DNA from: Octopus sinensis
Lineage: Eukaryota
Direction: 5' to 3'
Assembly (NCBI RefSeq): GCF_006345805.1
Contig: NC_043015.1
Coordinates: forward strand, 41,044,001-41,108,000
DNA: 64,000 nucleotides
Shown: one piece after another, positions 11,480 to 24,813 of the stretch
Numbering within the stretch: the stretch's first letter is position 1
How the letters are laid out: each line of letters opens with the position of its first letter
The notes under the pieces: generated by a model
Database searches by the model: none
Seen by the model: the letters and a program-made list of their open reading frames with translations, nothing else
What the model was told of the DNA's origin: nothing
Position numbers and translations under genes: made by a program

Positions 11480-12864
11480 GGAAGGCAGAAACGTTAGCAC
11501 GCCAGGCGAAATGCTTAGCGATATTTCGTCTGCCGCTACGTTCTGAGTTCAAATTCCGCCGAGGTCAACTTTGCCTTTCATCTTTTCGGTGTCGATAAAT
11601 TAAATACCAGTTATGCACTGGGGTTGATATAATTGACTTAATCCTCTTGTCTGTCTTTGTTTGTCCCCTCTGTGTTTAGCTCCTTGTGGGTAATAAAGAA
11701 ACATATATATATATATATGTATGTATGTATATATGTATTTGTATATGTATGTGTATGTATATATGTATGTGTATGTATCTATATATATATATATATTTTT
11801 TTTTTGTGTGTGTCTAGAGTGAGTCATTGTTCCAATATTATTAACACCTGCATAGGTTCAGTTCCACACTCGTTTGTAATTAGTTAATTGGCTAAATGTC
11901 CAACGAAATAATCAATTGTTTGTTTAACTTGGTTAAACAGTAAATTGTTTTGTTTTCGCTTCTTTTTTTTTGTTTTGGTCAAAGCTCTTTCCTTGCTATT
12001 CACAACCTTTTTCAATGAATACCCCCTCCCCCACTTCCAGACCGATTTTGTCACTGGAAAAGGTTGCAAATAGCAACAGAAAACTTTGACAAGGAAACAA
12101 GACACACGACCGACTACAGTTTGACTAAGTTAAACAAACAATCGGTTAGTTTACTCTTTTACTTGTTTCAGTTATTTGACTGTGGCCATGCTGGAGCACC
12201 ACCTTTAATCGAGCAACTCGACCCCGGGACTTATTCTTTGTAAGACCAGTACTTATTCTATCGGTTCTCTTTTGCCGAACCGCTAAGTGACGGGGACGTA
12301 AACACACCAGCATCGGTTGTCAAGCAAGGCTAGGGGGACAAACACAGACACACAAACACACACACATATATATATACACATATCCGACAGGCTTCTTTCA
12401 GTTTCTGTCTACCAAATCCACTCACAAGGCATTGATCGGCCCGAGGCTATAGGTAGAAGACACTTACCCAAGATGCCACGCAATGGGACTGAACCCGGAA
12501 CCATGTGGTTGGTTAGCAAGCTACTTCAGAGCCTCAATTCTGCCGAGATGGATGGGTCTGAACCACGGCATCATTTATTTCATGTTACACTTCCGAAGGT
12601 CTGTCTTCATCTCTCTAGATCTACCTCTTTCATACTTAGCACCTTATTCATCTGTCATCTGTCAGTGCAATGAATATTTAACCAATTGACTAATAAAAAA
12701 AGGAGTGAAATTGAACCAGTGTGTGTGTTAATAATATATATTGGCATAATGATTTTCCCTAGACACAACAAAATCTGTTTCAACACATGGCTTCACATAA
12801 AGAATATTGCAAACCAGATACAAAAACAAAATGTGTGTGTGTGTGTGAATAAATTCAATGACTG

Positions 12865-13320
12865 GCACCCGTGCCAGTGGGGCACTAAGAGCACTATCCG
12901 AGCGTGATCACTGCCAGAGTATCTGACTGGCTTCCATGCTGGTGACACGTAAAAAGCACCATTCAAACATGATCGTTACCAGCGTTGCCTTACTGGCACT
13001 TGTGCCAGTCGTACGTGAAAAAACATTCAAGCAAAGTTGCTGCCAGTGCCGCTGGACTGGCTCCTGTGCAGGTGGCACATAAAAAACACCATTTGAGCGT
13101 GGCCGTTGCCAGTACCACCTCACTGGCCCTCGTGCTAGTGGCATGTAAAAGTATCCACTACACTCTTGGAGTGGTTGGCATTAGGAAGGGCATCCAGCTG
13201 TAGAAACTCTGCCAGATCAGATTGGAGTCTGGTGCAGCTATCTGGTTCGCCAGACCTCAGTCAAATCATCCAACTCATGCCAGCATGGAAAGCAGACATT
13301 AAACAAAGATGATGATGATA
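12865..13320 (+). mobile_element. SINE-like family B with (GAT)n tail and internal subrepeats
   Basis: GAGTGGTTGGCATTAGGAAGGGCATCCAGCTGTAGAAAC core; more than 12 copies in the window (e.g. 2940, 6255, 15008, 27720, 28850, 32945, 35615, 45300, 61140). Confidence 0.8.
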
Positions 13321-13340
13321 TATATATATATATATATATA

Positions 13341-13483
<143 letters not shown>

Positions 13484-13842
13484 GCACAGGCTGGGGCATT
13501 GTGGTAATAAACTTGCTTCCCAACCACATGGTTTCAGGTTCAGTCCCACTGAGTGGCACCTGGGGCAAGTGTCATCTACTGTAGCCTTGGGCTGACTAAA
13601 TCCTTGTGAGTGGATTTGGTCGACGGAAACTGAAAGAAGCCTGAGGGAGTTTACCATAAGAAAAACGAAAAATTAAAGAGGTAAACAGAGAGATATGTTA
13701 CAGAGGTTTAGTTTGGTCATTTCTACCCAATCAGAAAACAGGACTTGTATGTGAAAGCTGTCATAAAATGAAAGTAAACATTAGAAGATGAAGTTTTAAA
13801 TAATGCGAAAACAATGCATGGGAGACAAGACATATACAGAGA

Positions 13843-14230
13843 TTGATGGAAGCACTCCATCGGTTACGACGACGAGGGTTCCGGTTGATCCGATCAACGG
13901 AACAGCCTGCTCGTGAAATTAACGTGTAAGTGGCTGAGCACTCCACAGACACGTGTACCCTTAACGTAGTTCTCGGGGATATTCAGCGTGACACAGAGAG
14001 TGACAAGGCTGGCCCTTTGAAATACAGGTACAACAGAAACAGGAAGTAAGAGTGAGAGAGAAAGTTGTGGTGAAAGAGTACAGCAGGGATCACCACCATC
14101 CCCTGCCGGAGCCTCGTGGAGCTTTAGGTGTTTTCGCTCAATAAACACTCACAACGCCCGGTCTGGGAATCGAAACCGCAATCCTACGACCGCGATTCCG
14201 CTGCCCTAACCACTGGGCCATTGCGCCTCC
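13843..14230 (-). mobile_element. tRNA-derived SINE family D
   Basis: Head GGAGGCGCAATGGCCCAGTGGTTAGGGCAGCGG; 13-bp TSD ACATATACAGAGA. Confidence 0.85.
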
Positions 14231-14697
14231 ACATATACAGAGAGAGAGAGAATGATAAAGACTGTGGTGAATAAGAGAGTGAGATGGATTGATGGTGACA
14301 GATACAAATGAATCTCAAATTAAAACCAACACGACTATGACTTAAATTATACGACCTTTAATTTAAATCAGATGAACTTTTATGATTAGAACAAATGAAT
14401 ATCAAAATTACTATTTTTAAATCTCACAACGTGAGATATTCAGCAACAGTACTTTGTAGTAAAGATTGTTTGAGCTGAGTGGGGGTGCTAGATTCCCATG
14501 TTCGAAAATATAAGGACACAGATTGTGTCGTATAGCCAGCTGGAGACGATGTCTCCTGGGGCTAAATTAGAGCAACATTCGTCCTAAACCAGGACTACCG
14601 TGTTATGCTGGCAAACAATCTTTACTACAAATGAATATCAGTTTAAAATACTATAGAACCTCAGTTTTCGAACAAGTCTGATCGCAAATAAATCGTG

Positions 14698-14775
<78 letters not shown>

Positions 14776-14874
14776 TAACATCAAAGGCAGTAACAACAAC
14801 AATAACATGAAGATAAACACAAAGAATTTATTAAAAAAATATTTTCAAAATGTATTTAATTTCTTATACTTCAG

Positions 14875-14950
14875 ATATGATGGCAGATATTTAAATGGTT
14901 TGTTTGAAGGTGAAGGTTGTATGGAATTTATTGATGGACACATTTATAAA
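14875..14950 (+). CDS. RSPH10B: RSPH10B exon 2 (MORN)
   Basis: ttcag|YDGRYLNGLFEGEGCMEFIDGHIYK|gtaagt. Confidence 0.92.
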
Positions 14951-15397
14951 GTAAGTATAATCATTGTTTGACAGAAAACTGTAAATGAATATATATGTAT
15001 GTATGTATCATCATCATCATCATCATCATCATCGTTTAGCGTCTGCTTTCCATGCTGGCATGGGTTGGATTGTTCGACCACGGTCTGGGAAGCCAGGAGG
15101 CCACACCAGGCTCCAGTCTGATCTGGCAGTGTTTCTATGGCTGGATGCCCCTTCCTAACGCCAACCACTCCGTGAGTGTAGTCGGTGCTTTTTACGTGCC
15201 ACCGGCACAGGGGCCAGGCGAGGCTGGCAAACGGCCACGATCGGTTGGTGCTTTTTACGTGTCACCAGCACGGGTATCTTAAATACAATTTCCATTTGAT
15301 TTTCATTTTGATGTTGGTGTTAACGTGCTTGACTCAATAGGTCTCCTCTGTTGATTAAACACTCGTACACACACATGCACAAACACATACACACACA

Positions 15398-15435
<38 letters not shown>

Positions 15436-15903
15436 GATTGTGTCTGGATCAGTATGTATGTATTTATGTATGTATGTATTTATTTATGTATGTATGTATT
15501 TATTTATGTAGGTAGGTATTTGTGTGTGTATGTATGTATATATATATGGTTGTATGTATATGTGAAGAATGATGGACAGCTATTGGTGGCAGGAATTCAT
15601 TTATATGAGATGTTACTCGTGATGTTCTTTACAGCTGTTTCAAAGCGTTGGCAAGTGGTTGATATTATAATGTACTAGCTTAAAAGCTGCATTCCATGTG
15701 GACCTTTAAGCCGGCTCCTGCAAAGGGCTAATTGGGCCTGCAGCCCAAAACTAAAGAGAGCAATAAAGCATTTATTGGTACCCTACCAATATGGTATTAC
15801 CTTACCAAAATGGTATTACTTTAAATTCAGTTTAAATGAAAGACTTGCAATTATTTACATTATTTACATTTGATGGATATTTGTCCTCGTCTTGTTTGTT
15901 GTT

Positions 15904-15949
15904 AACACAACGTTTTGGCTGATATACCCTCCAGCCTTCATCAGGTGTC
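15904..15949 (-). ncRNA. hammerhead motif family 1, G12A-mutated copy
   Basis: GACAC-CTGATGA-A-GGCTG..CAGCC-AAA-ACGT-T-GTGTT. Confidence 0.6.
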
Positions 15950-15996
15950 TTGGGGAAATTTCGAACCTGGATTCTCATTTCTAAGGTATTTTCTGA

Positions 15997-16029
<33 letters not shown>

Positions 16030-16030
<1 letters not shown>

Positions 16031-16340
16031 AATACAACGATCGTGAGGTTGTGAGCTCGAATCCTGGACCGGGCTGCGTGTTGTGTTCTTGAGCAAGGCA
16101 CTTTATTTCACGTTGCTCCAGTCCACTCAGCTGTAGAAATGAGTTGTGATGTCACAGGTGCCAAGCTGTATCAGCCCTTGCCTTTCCCTTGGACAACATC
16201 GGTGATGTGGAGAGGGGAGACCGGTATGCATGGGCGACTGCTGGTTTTCCATAAAACAACCTTGCCCAGGCTTGTGCCTTAGAGGGTAACTCTCAAGGTG
16301 CAAACTCATGGTCAGTGTCTGACCGAAGGGGGTTACCACA
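16030..16340 (+). mobile_element. SINE family E inserted in a hammerhead-family-1 repeat
   Basis: B-box-like GAGCTCGAATCC then GTGTTCTTGAGCAAGGCACTT; splits the flanking repeat into about 15840-16030 and 16340-16500. Confidence 0.55.
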
Positions 16341-17160
16341 TATATTATTATTATTATTATTGTTCAGGTTACTGCTTGGAATATGGCATTGTAATAACAA
16401 CAAACATGTTAACAACAAACACGACGAGGACAAATATCCATCGAATGTAAATAATGTACATAATTCCTCATCTCTTAAATATAGAACTGAAAGACTTGCA
16501 AGTTCACAAATTTTGGAAGTTCTTTTAAAATTTGAATTTTCAACTGTTAGCATATAACAAATCTTGATTCAGACCTGATCCCATGTGGCTGTGTGTACGC
16601 GTGTTTAACATACAGAATGTTAAAAATCTTTCTGCCGATTTCATACACACATACACACACTCACACACACGCATGCACGAGCGCACACAGCATTAATGAG
16701 ACGAGTGAGAGAATTTCCGAGATTGATGGAAGGAACGGAAGCAACTTAACTTCCGATAGGAAATCTGGATAGAAAGCGTGCAGCAGGGTGGGCCCCCTAT
16801 TAAAGGCATGTTTAGGGAGTAGGGGTGTTAAACTGGGTGTCAGGTTAAATCTGTTGCCCATATAAGCCAGAAACGGTGGTCTCTGCAACGGGTTTCCATG
16901 AACAGAGACATGGAAAATATTGTCCAAAACGGAGTACCGCCTCCACATCGGAGCAACACTGCAGGAATTTATTCCCTGTGTCCATCGACCTGCAATTGTC
17001 GAAGACAAATGTTGACCGCATTGTCCTCGAAGGTAACGGAGTCAGGAGGGCGCAAAAGCCATAGACACAGACCCCCGTCATCTACACCTAATAGGCCCCA
17101 ACCAAAACGAACAAAAATATCTTATGACTTTATTTTATCAGATAACTAAATATAACATTA

Positions 17161-17385
17161 GGTACTACTTAAGAAGAGTGGTCCCGGTGCGCGCACTCGC
17201 GTACTCGTGCATCCGCGCTAGCTAGTCGTGACTAGTCGATCCTACAACGACTACCTAGCAAAGTAAATAAAACACAAAAACACAAAGTAATAATTTTTTA
17301 AAACAAAGTAAGGGTCGACTAGTCACGACTAGCTTGCGAGAGTACGCGAGTGCGCGCACCGGGACCACTCTTCTTAAGTAGTACC
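17161..17385. mobile_element. MULE-like MITE
   Basis: Long TIRs GGTACTACTTAAGAAGAGTGGTCCCGG; perfect 9-bp TSD ATAACATTA. Confidence 0.85.
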
Positions 17386-17829
17386 ATAACATTAATGTCG
17401 ACGGACTCAGTCGAAAGAAACGGTATTTTGCCATGTAAGCCACTTTTTCAGAGCCATGGGTATTAATAAACAACCATTCGAATATGCCGAAAGAAGGTCT
17501 AAAGAAAAAAAAAACAAAATCCTACGTAAGGGAGATAACTCTCAACAGAATAAATATTTTCTCTTAAGTAGAATAGATATTTTCTCTTTATCTCCCTTTA
17601 ATTTATCTTTCAGTTGTAAAGTTTCTGTATGGCAATAAATAAATAAATAAATTAATTAATTAATTAATACAAGACTACTGTTCAAATAGAGATCACCTTT
17701 CGGCTACGAATGATGGCAATTAATTGTTGGTTAATTCTCTAATTTTTGTCGACAAACAACTGAAAATGCTTTTTTTGGAAATTATAAAAATTATTAAAAT
17801 GCTTACATTTTTATTACATCCTCATTGAC

Positions 17830-18960
17830 GTCCTGAATAACTCCTCGCCATGCCATCATCATTCATTCATACACTAACATTCTACAAAATACCTGGAGTC
17901 ACATTTCCGTCCTCGGTCTACTCTTGACTCAGGCTTATATCTCAGTCAAAAAAGCATGTCTGATTAACGTCACTAGAAGCGATGTAAGCATTCACTATTT
18001 CGACCCAATCTTTCAGCAATAGCTTCGTCCCAGCGCACTTCTTAATGAGAATGGCCACAATTTTGGTTACCTTCTTTTAGTTCTTGTCCACGCAGAGTTC
18101 TGGTAATTGTTCATACTAGTTGCTGAGCTCTTCAAATGAAATCAGAGATAGGCGCAGGAGTGGCTGTGTGATAAGTAGCTTGTTTACCAACCACATGGTT
18201 CCGGGTTCAGTCCCACTGCGTGGCACCTTGGCCAAGTGTCTTCTACTATAGCCTCGGGCCGACCAAAGCCTTGTGAGTGGATTTGGTAGACGGAAACTGA
18301 AAGAAGCCCGTCGTATATATGTATATATATATGTGTGTGCGTGTATGTTTGTATGTCTGTGTTTGTTCCCCCAACATCTCTTGACAACCGATGCTGGTGT
18401 GTTTATGTCCCCGTCACTTAGCAGTTCGGCAAAAGAGACTGATAGAATAAGTACTGGGCTTACAAAGAATAAGTCCCGGGGTTGATTATGTCGACTAAAG
18501 GCGGTGCTCCAGCATGGCCGCAGTCAAATGACTGAAACAAGTAAAAGAGTAAAGAGAGGTAACTACTGACCAATAAAAAACTGCCCTTCTCAAGCGACAA
18601 ATCGCCAGACGCACGACTGTTCCTATTTGATCTGAGTTCTTATTGTCATCTCAACTTCTTCCAGTTTTGTGTGATTACCTCGATTTGCCAAGAGTCCGAT
18701 GCCATAGTGGTGACCGTTTGTATATACAGACATAGACAATCATTTCTGCATCTGTGGCCCAAATATACAATATCGATTTGAAAAGTACCCTTAGCTCACC
18801 GTCTGTGTTATTTCAAACGGTTCTGGTAAATAAACTGCTTACAGTGACCCCTGATCAGATGCACCTGAACGAGGCAGAGACCCAACCTCTGAAGACGGAA
18901 ATAAAGATGGTTAGTCTTAGAACACCAACCAATGGTTGCACTGATTCGCGTTATCGGATG
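17830..18960 (-). mobile_element. degraded L1/Tx1-like LINE fragment interrupted by a SINE
   Basis: Minus-strand decayed frame KKVTKIVAILIKKCAGTKLLLKDWVEIVNAYIASS resembles the post-RT segment of L1/Tx1 elements (from memory); many stops; boundaries approximate. Confidence 0.4.
18151..18556 (+). mobile_element. tRNA-derived SINE family A, full length
   Basis: Same consensus; further copies or fragments near 12150, 13490, 20610, 24810, 29395, 50445 and 54170. Confidence 0.85.
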
Positions 18961-20059
18961 CTTTCGATTGGTTTATATTTTACTAGCAGCTAAGCCCGGT
19001 TTCTCCCGGTCTGTTTGGATGATGTGGCTGTGATCGTTTTCGGTTAGGCATAATCTATAACAGCGTTTGTCAACCTTATCATTTTGGGCCCCCTGTTTCG
19101 ATTGGATCCCCCAGCTGTATGAAAATGTCCTGACCCCACCCCATCAGAAAACAGCTTCTAAGCAACTGGTTGTTTTAATGGAAGAAGAAAGAGGGGAATT
19201 CTATAAGCAAAAGTTTTATCGGTTTTCTCGGTAAGTATGGGGGTTAGGAAAAAAAATACAAACCGCATTCCAATCTATGCACCCGTCTCCATATGTGTGC
19301 CATTTTTTATGCGAATCCACCCAACCGTTTGGCTGTGAACCTCAAGACAAGAAAGAATACAACGATCGCCCATGTCCAATTTATATTATAGATTAGAGTC
19401 CCCACTGAATGGCTTTAATATGCAGGCATGACGGTGTGGTTGAGAAGTTCACTTCGAAATTACGTGGTTTTGGGTTCATTTGTACTACATGAGCCATTGT
19501 GCCAATAAGTTTATTTCTAACAGCCAGTCCATAACTGGCACCAAAGCTCAATTCCATGCCACCGTCCACCCCCACCAATCCTGTGTGTCGCATTAAATGT
19601 AAACTCTGCAATTGCCTCTAGGTGAGCAAAACTGAACGTCAGACTCCTTCATGATGTTCAGAATAACACCCAAGCAATATTCAAACCCATAGTTAGATAT
19701 TTTGATTCGTTTACCCATTTCTTCAACCACTTCTTTGTATACGGAGTCCTCCTCCATCAGACATCAGCATCCCCCATGAACAAAGAAAAGACTCCACAAG
19801 ACTCAATAAACATCTCAGACTCTCGTAGTTGGCCTAGACTTTATCTCTACCATTTTACTTCACCTCAAGCCGTGTATTACCGGCTAATGATGACCCCTTC
19901 CACTCTTTGGGGTTAGTTTTAGAAGTACTTGATTCCGTTGCTATTGTTGTTGTTTGAACCCAGGTCTGCCCTATCTGAGCGGGCCCACGGTCGAGGTCAG
20001 AGACCACTTGGTCCAATGAGATAAACATCGTAATTACAATTTTGTTTTTTTCCTCCTAG

Positions 20060-20128
20060 GGTTTCTTCCACCAAGGTCTGATGCATGGTCACGGATATTA
20101 CGAATGGGATGATGGTGTCATCTACGAG
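20060..20128 (+). CDS. RSPH10B: RSPH10B exon 3 (MORN)
   Basis: cctag|GFFHQGLMHGHGYYEWDDGVIYE|gtaaat. Confidence 0.92.
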
Positions 20129-20567
20129 GTAAATAAAACCGAAAACGATTTTTTTCAAGTTTATTTAACTCAAAACTTCATTTTGAAAAAATGCGTAGCT
20201 TAATGTTTAGACAATCCGACTCTCGATTATAGAGTCGTGGGTGTGATTCAAGGTTTGAGAGTCACCTTGTGACGTTGGGCAGGACAATCTCTTTCACGTT
20301 GCTTCAGCTAAAATTAATACTGAGATCGACAGAACGCATGGTCAGCATGAGGTTAACACAGCAGAATTAAACAGCCAACGGTGTGACCAAAACACGGCAG
20401 AATTCTGCTTTTAATCTTTTGGAATTTTCAGAAAGCTTTTGCGAATTTGTGTTCTACACATGGGAATTCATACGATTTTGGAAATAAATTCTTTCCATTT
20501 TTACCCCACCCCCGATTTTTTTTTTTTTTTGCTTAAATTACACAATACTCGTTTTCACAACAAATGT

Positions 20568-20601
<34 letters not shown>

Positions 20602-20962
20602 TAAGTGCAAGAATGACTGTGTGGTTGAGAAGTTTGCTTCCCAACCACATGGTTCCATGTTCAGTCCCTCTTCATGGTACCTTGGGCAAGTGTTTTCTAC
20701 TATAGCCCTAGGCCAACCACAGACTTATGACTGAATTTGGTAGATAGAAACTGCAGCATTTTTCATCAGAAAACGACCAAAAAACATGTTTATAAAGAAG
20801 TGCTCTTTGCTTCATACTCTTCATGTGCCAATTCTTCCCATAAGTAAAGAACAAATAATACAATGTAGCTGTAGGTCATAACACCTGGGCAACGCCGGGG
20901 TGCATTGCTAGTGTATAATATATGTGTGTATGTTTATATATGTATGTATGTATACTTTACAG

Positions 20963-21021
20963 GGAGACTTTATGTTTAACTACATCACAGGTAAAGGAAC
21001 ATATACCTACCTAGACGGAAG
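20963..21021 (+). CDS. RSPH10B: RSPH10B exon 4 (MORN)
   Basis: ttacag|GDFMFNYITGKGTYTYLDG(S)|gtgagt. Confidence 0.92.
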
Positions 21022-21113
21022 GTGAGTATTATTGATCTTTATTGAACTTGATTGGTTGATTGCTTTTTCTGTTTGTGTCCTTTAACTTAATTGATGACTA
21101 TGACTATGACCAT

Positions 21114-21276
21114 AGGTGCAGGAGTGGCTGTGTGGTAAGTAGCTTGCTTACCAACCACATGGTTCCGGGTTCAGTCGCACTGCATGGCACCTGGAGAAAG
21201 TGTCTTCTACTATAGTCATGGGCTGACAAAAGCCTTGTGAGTAGATTTGGCAGATGGAAACTGAAAGAAGCCCGTC

Positions 21277-21316
<40 letters not shown>

Positions 21317-21513
21317 ATATTATTTGACACACATACATATATATACATATATACTATGGGCTTCTTTCAGTTTCCGTCTGCCAAATCCACGGATAAGGCT
21401 TTCGTGATCCCAAGGCTATAGTAGAAGACACTTGCCCAAGGTGTCACGCAGTGGGACTGAACCCGGAACCATGTGGTTGGTAAGCAAGCTACTTACCACA
21501 CAGCCACTCCTGT
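21114..21513. mobile_element. tail-to-tail inverted pair of SINE A heads
   Basis: Plus head 21114-21279, (TA)n spacer, minus head 21358-21513. Confidence 0.85.
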
Positions 21514-22030
21514 GTATACAAATATTAAATATCAAATGATTTATAGTATATATAAATTAGTAAAATATAAAATATTTATTTATACATAAAAATAAGGGTG
21601 GGGACACTGAGGGTATCATGTGACCACGAGTAGGGTGGTGGCCCAAAAAATTTGAGAATCTCTTATGTAAACCATGTCAAATATTATTTAGGCAAGTTTA
21701 AAGTAATTTTCTTTTGTGCCATAGACCATTTTCATTTCTGTGGTGCCCCCTCCTTCCATTGATGCCCTATGCACGTGCTTATTTTGCTTAATGGTTAATC
21801 CAGTGCTGAGTACAATTATATATTCATAAACTAAGGTAAATAAAGAAAGATGGTTACACCATCCTGATAACAAAACCGATTCAACTTGAGCTGAATTCTT
21901 GGTGTAACCATCATGTTCTTGTGATCTCTTGGGCATGAATACATCGGTGAGAGAAGATTTCTTACTTTGATGTTTAGGTGCTGCTGTTTTAATACATCTT
22001 ACGACTGTGTTTTAAATGTTGATGTTACAG

Positions 22031-22145
22031 TACTTATGAAGGAGAAGTTCTGAATGGTAAGCGTCACGGTTATGGAATTTACACCTGGAAGGCAGAAGGA
22101 AAATGCTACGCTGGTTACTGGTTTAAAGGAAAGAAACATGGAAAG
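22031..22145 (+). CDS. RSPH10B: RSPH10B exon 5 (MORN; non-canonical GG donor inferred)
   Basis: ttacag|TYEGEVLNGKRHGYGIYTWKAEGKCYAGYWFKGKKHGK|GGaggt; the end is placed by the phase-0 requirement of exon 6. Confidence 0.8.
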
Positions 22146-22230
22146 GGAGGTCATTTATATTTTTATGGACTGTGTGTGTGTGTGTGCGTGCACATGCGTG
22201 CGTGTGCGTGCATGTATATATGTATGTGTA

Positions 22231-22270
<40 letters not shown>

Positions 22271-22406
22271 AAAATATCATGTACATTAAAACACATTAAG
22301 AGGCTTCCAAATAGGAAAACCTTGTGCTAGAAGAGCAGTAGAAAACTCAAACCACTAGGCCACTGGTAATAATAATTACTATAATTCTTATTACCCTAAT
22401 ATTATT

Positions 22407-22463
<57 letters not shown>

Positions 22464-22877
22464 ATTATATATATAATAAAATATAAATTAGAGATAAAAC
22501 CACTATTATGCAACTCAAACAGTGACAGACATAACCAATACATAAATAACCAATATAAAAATATAAATTTTTTTTTTGTTAGAAATATATAACTTATGAC
22601 TAGATCTCAAAAAGTATAAAATGAATGATAAATATATAATATAATATGTAAAAACACTATGTACGTTTCATGGCTACCATTAAATTCAAATTACAATTAA
22701 GTTTAAATTCGATTTAAAATTATAGTCAATCTTCAGGTTAACGATAATAGTTAAATAAATAAGCAAATAGAGTTAAACAATATTTATTTAAGAAATAAAT
22801 AAACAATAATTTTTCTTATAGAAAAAACTCCATTAACTAAATTATAAACTTAAAACATCAGGATTATTTCCTACAAC

Positions 22878-22921
<44 letters not shown>

Positions 22922-23303
22922 GAAAATGGAGAAACATACTTAAATCAATCAAACATCAACCATCAGATGATACCCAATCAATACTTTATTACACCATTAC
23001 ATAACAGTAAAGGCATTATACAAAATATATTGTAAATATAATTAGACAAGGAAATAGAAATATAAAACATAAAATATAATATGTAATTATATCATATCTG
23101 ACATATATATATAATCAGTGAATGAACATGTATGTATAAATATGTGTGTAATTATGTGTATGTGTGTGTATATATGTATATATTTATGTATGCATCTGAT
23201 TTTGAGGTAAAAATTGGCTGCTTTTTCTAGCAGGTAGAGACTCCATCAGCTCATAAATTCATTTGGTTTGATGACCAAGATATATTTGGGTTCATTCTTT
23301 CAG

Positions 23304-23525
23304 GGATGTATGCAGTTTGACAAAGACAGTCAATGCTTCTACCACGGCGATTGGCGATGTGACCTTCCCCATGGATGGGGTCTCCAGAGGTACAGCAGCC
23401 ACAACATCTATGAAGGATTCTGGTTCAAAAATAAGCCAAATGTTGATGGTGTAATGAAGTGGTTCGTTCAAGGCCGACCAAAGGATGTAGAAATATACAA
23501 GGGCCACTGGTCCAATGGTATACAG
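23304..23525 (+). CDS. RSPH10B: RSPH10B exon 6 (MORN)
   Basis: ctttcag|GCMQFDKDSQCFYHGDWRCDLPHGWGLQRYSSHNIYEGFWFKNKP...YKGHWSNGIQ|gtaact. Confidence 0.92.
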
Positions 23526-23918
23526 GTAACTTAGATCCTTTATTTTGTTTTTCCCTTTCTAATTATCATCATTTTCTGGACTTGACTAACGATGTCACCT
23601 GTTTATAAATTATCACAGGACAATCAGCCCCACAACCATATATCTTTCTCACATGCTTCTCAACACTAACTTACCTCTCACTCTCTCTCTCTTATCTCTT
23701 TATTGGCCACAAGGGGCTAAACATAGAGGGGACAAACAAGGACAGACAAAGATATTAAGTCGATTACATCGACCCCAGTGCATAACTGGTACTTAATTTA
23801 TCGACCCCAAAAGGATGAAAGATAAAGTTGACCTCGGCGGAATTTGAACTCAGAACGTAAAGACAGACGAAATACTGCTAAGCATTTCCCCCGGCATGCT
23901 AACAATTCTGCCAGCTTG

Positions 23919-23987
<69 letters not shown>

Positions 23988-24287
23988 TGCAGCCTACCCA
24001 CACACACATTCTCTTTCTCTCATCATTCTCCTGTCTACTATATCATCATTACTATTCTGCGACGCCCTTCCCTGTCCCTTTCTTTGCATTGTTAGTCATC
24101 CCCTATGCCTCCTACCTCCCACCATCATTGTGCATCCCCACCCTCATCCACTGCCTTCTCTTCAACTCCACCTCTTCCTTCATACAATCTTTTTCTATTG
24201 TTCCTGGAAGCATTTCACTTATTATCTTCTCTCGGAAGTGGATTCTTAAATTCCCTTTGTTTCCTTTTCTTTCTCTCTCCCCCACAG

Positions 24288-24464
24288 CAAGGATACGGGG
24301 AACAGGTGTGGGTGACGTACAGAGCACCGGGCTCCCAATTCAATGGCCAGAATTTATACAGAGGCAACTTTGTCAATGGTAAACGGCATGGACAGGGGAC
24401 GTTTTATTATGCTGATGGCTCCAAGTACAAAGGAGAATGGTTCGAAGACATGAAACATGGATTT
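24288..24464 (+). CDS. RSPH10B: RSPH10B exon 7 (MORN)
   Basis: ccacag|QGYGEQVW...YRGNFVNGKRHGQGTFYYADGSKYKGEWFEDMKHGF|gtgagt. Confidence 0.93.
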
Positions 24465-24780
24465 GTGAGTATATTCTCTTTTATGCATATATTTGTATGT
24501 GTGAATGCACATATTTGTGTGTGAGGAGATTTCCCTTTGTCTTGACATCATATGCTTATTGTAAACAAGCTTCACCATCATACAAGCAGGGTTGTTTATT
24601 TGCAGCCATCCACAAAAACATGCTAAAAGCAGGGAACAAACATTACTTTCCTTGGAAAGAGGTGATGGTTATTGGTAGGAAAAGCCTCTGATGATAATTA
24701 TAATTGTAATTAGAGTTATGCATTGTCGTTCTCATCAGTGTGAAGAATTTTAAATATATATATATTATATATATATATAG

Positions 24781-24813
<33 letters not shown>

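Noticed and set aside
16661-17149. Overlapping ORFs in a GC-richer stretch
   Set aside because: No recognisable domain or splice-compatible role; probably an old repeat that I cannot classify
18151-18230. tRNA genes suggested by A/B-box sequences
   Set aside because: These are SINE heads continuous with SINE bodies; I could not fold a full cloverleaf
22150-22151. Canonical GT donor for RSPH10B exon 5
   Set aside because: Phase 1 while exon 6 needs phase 0; gives a stop within six codons
22655-22700. Possible further hammerhead (GAA-ACGT-A with a small stem II, minus strand)
   Set aside because: CUGANGA half of the core is absent
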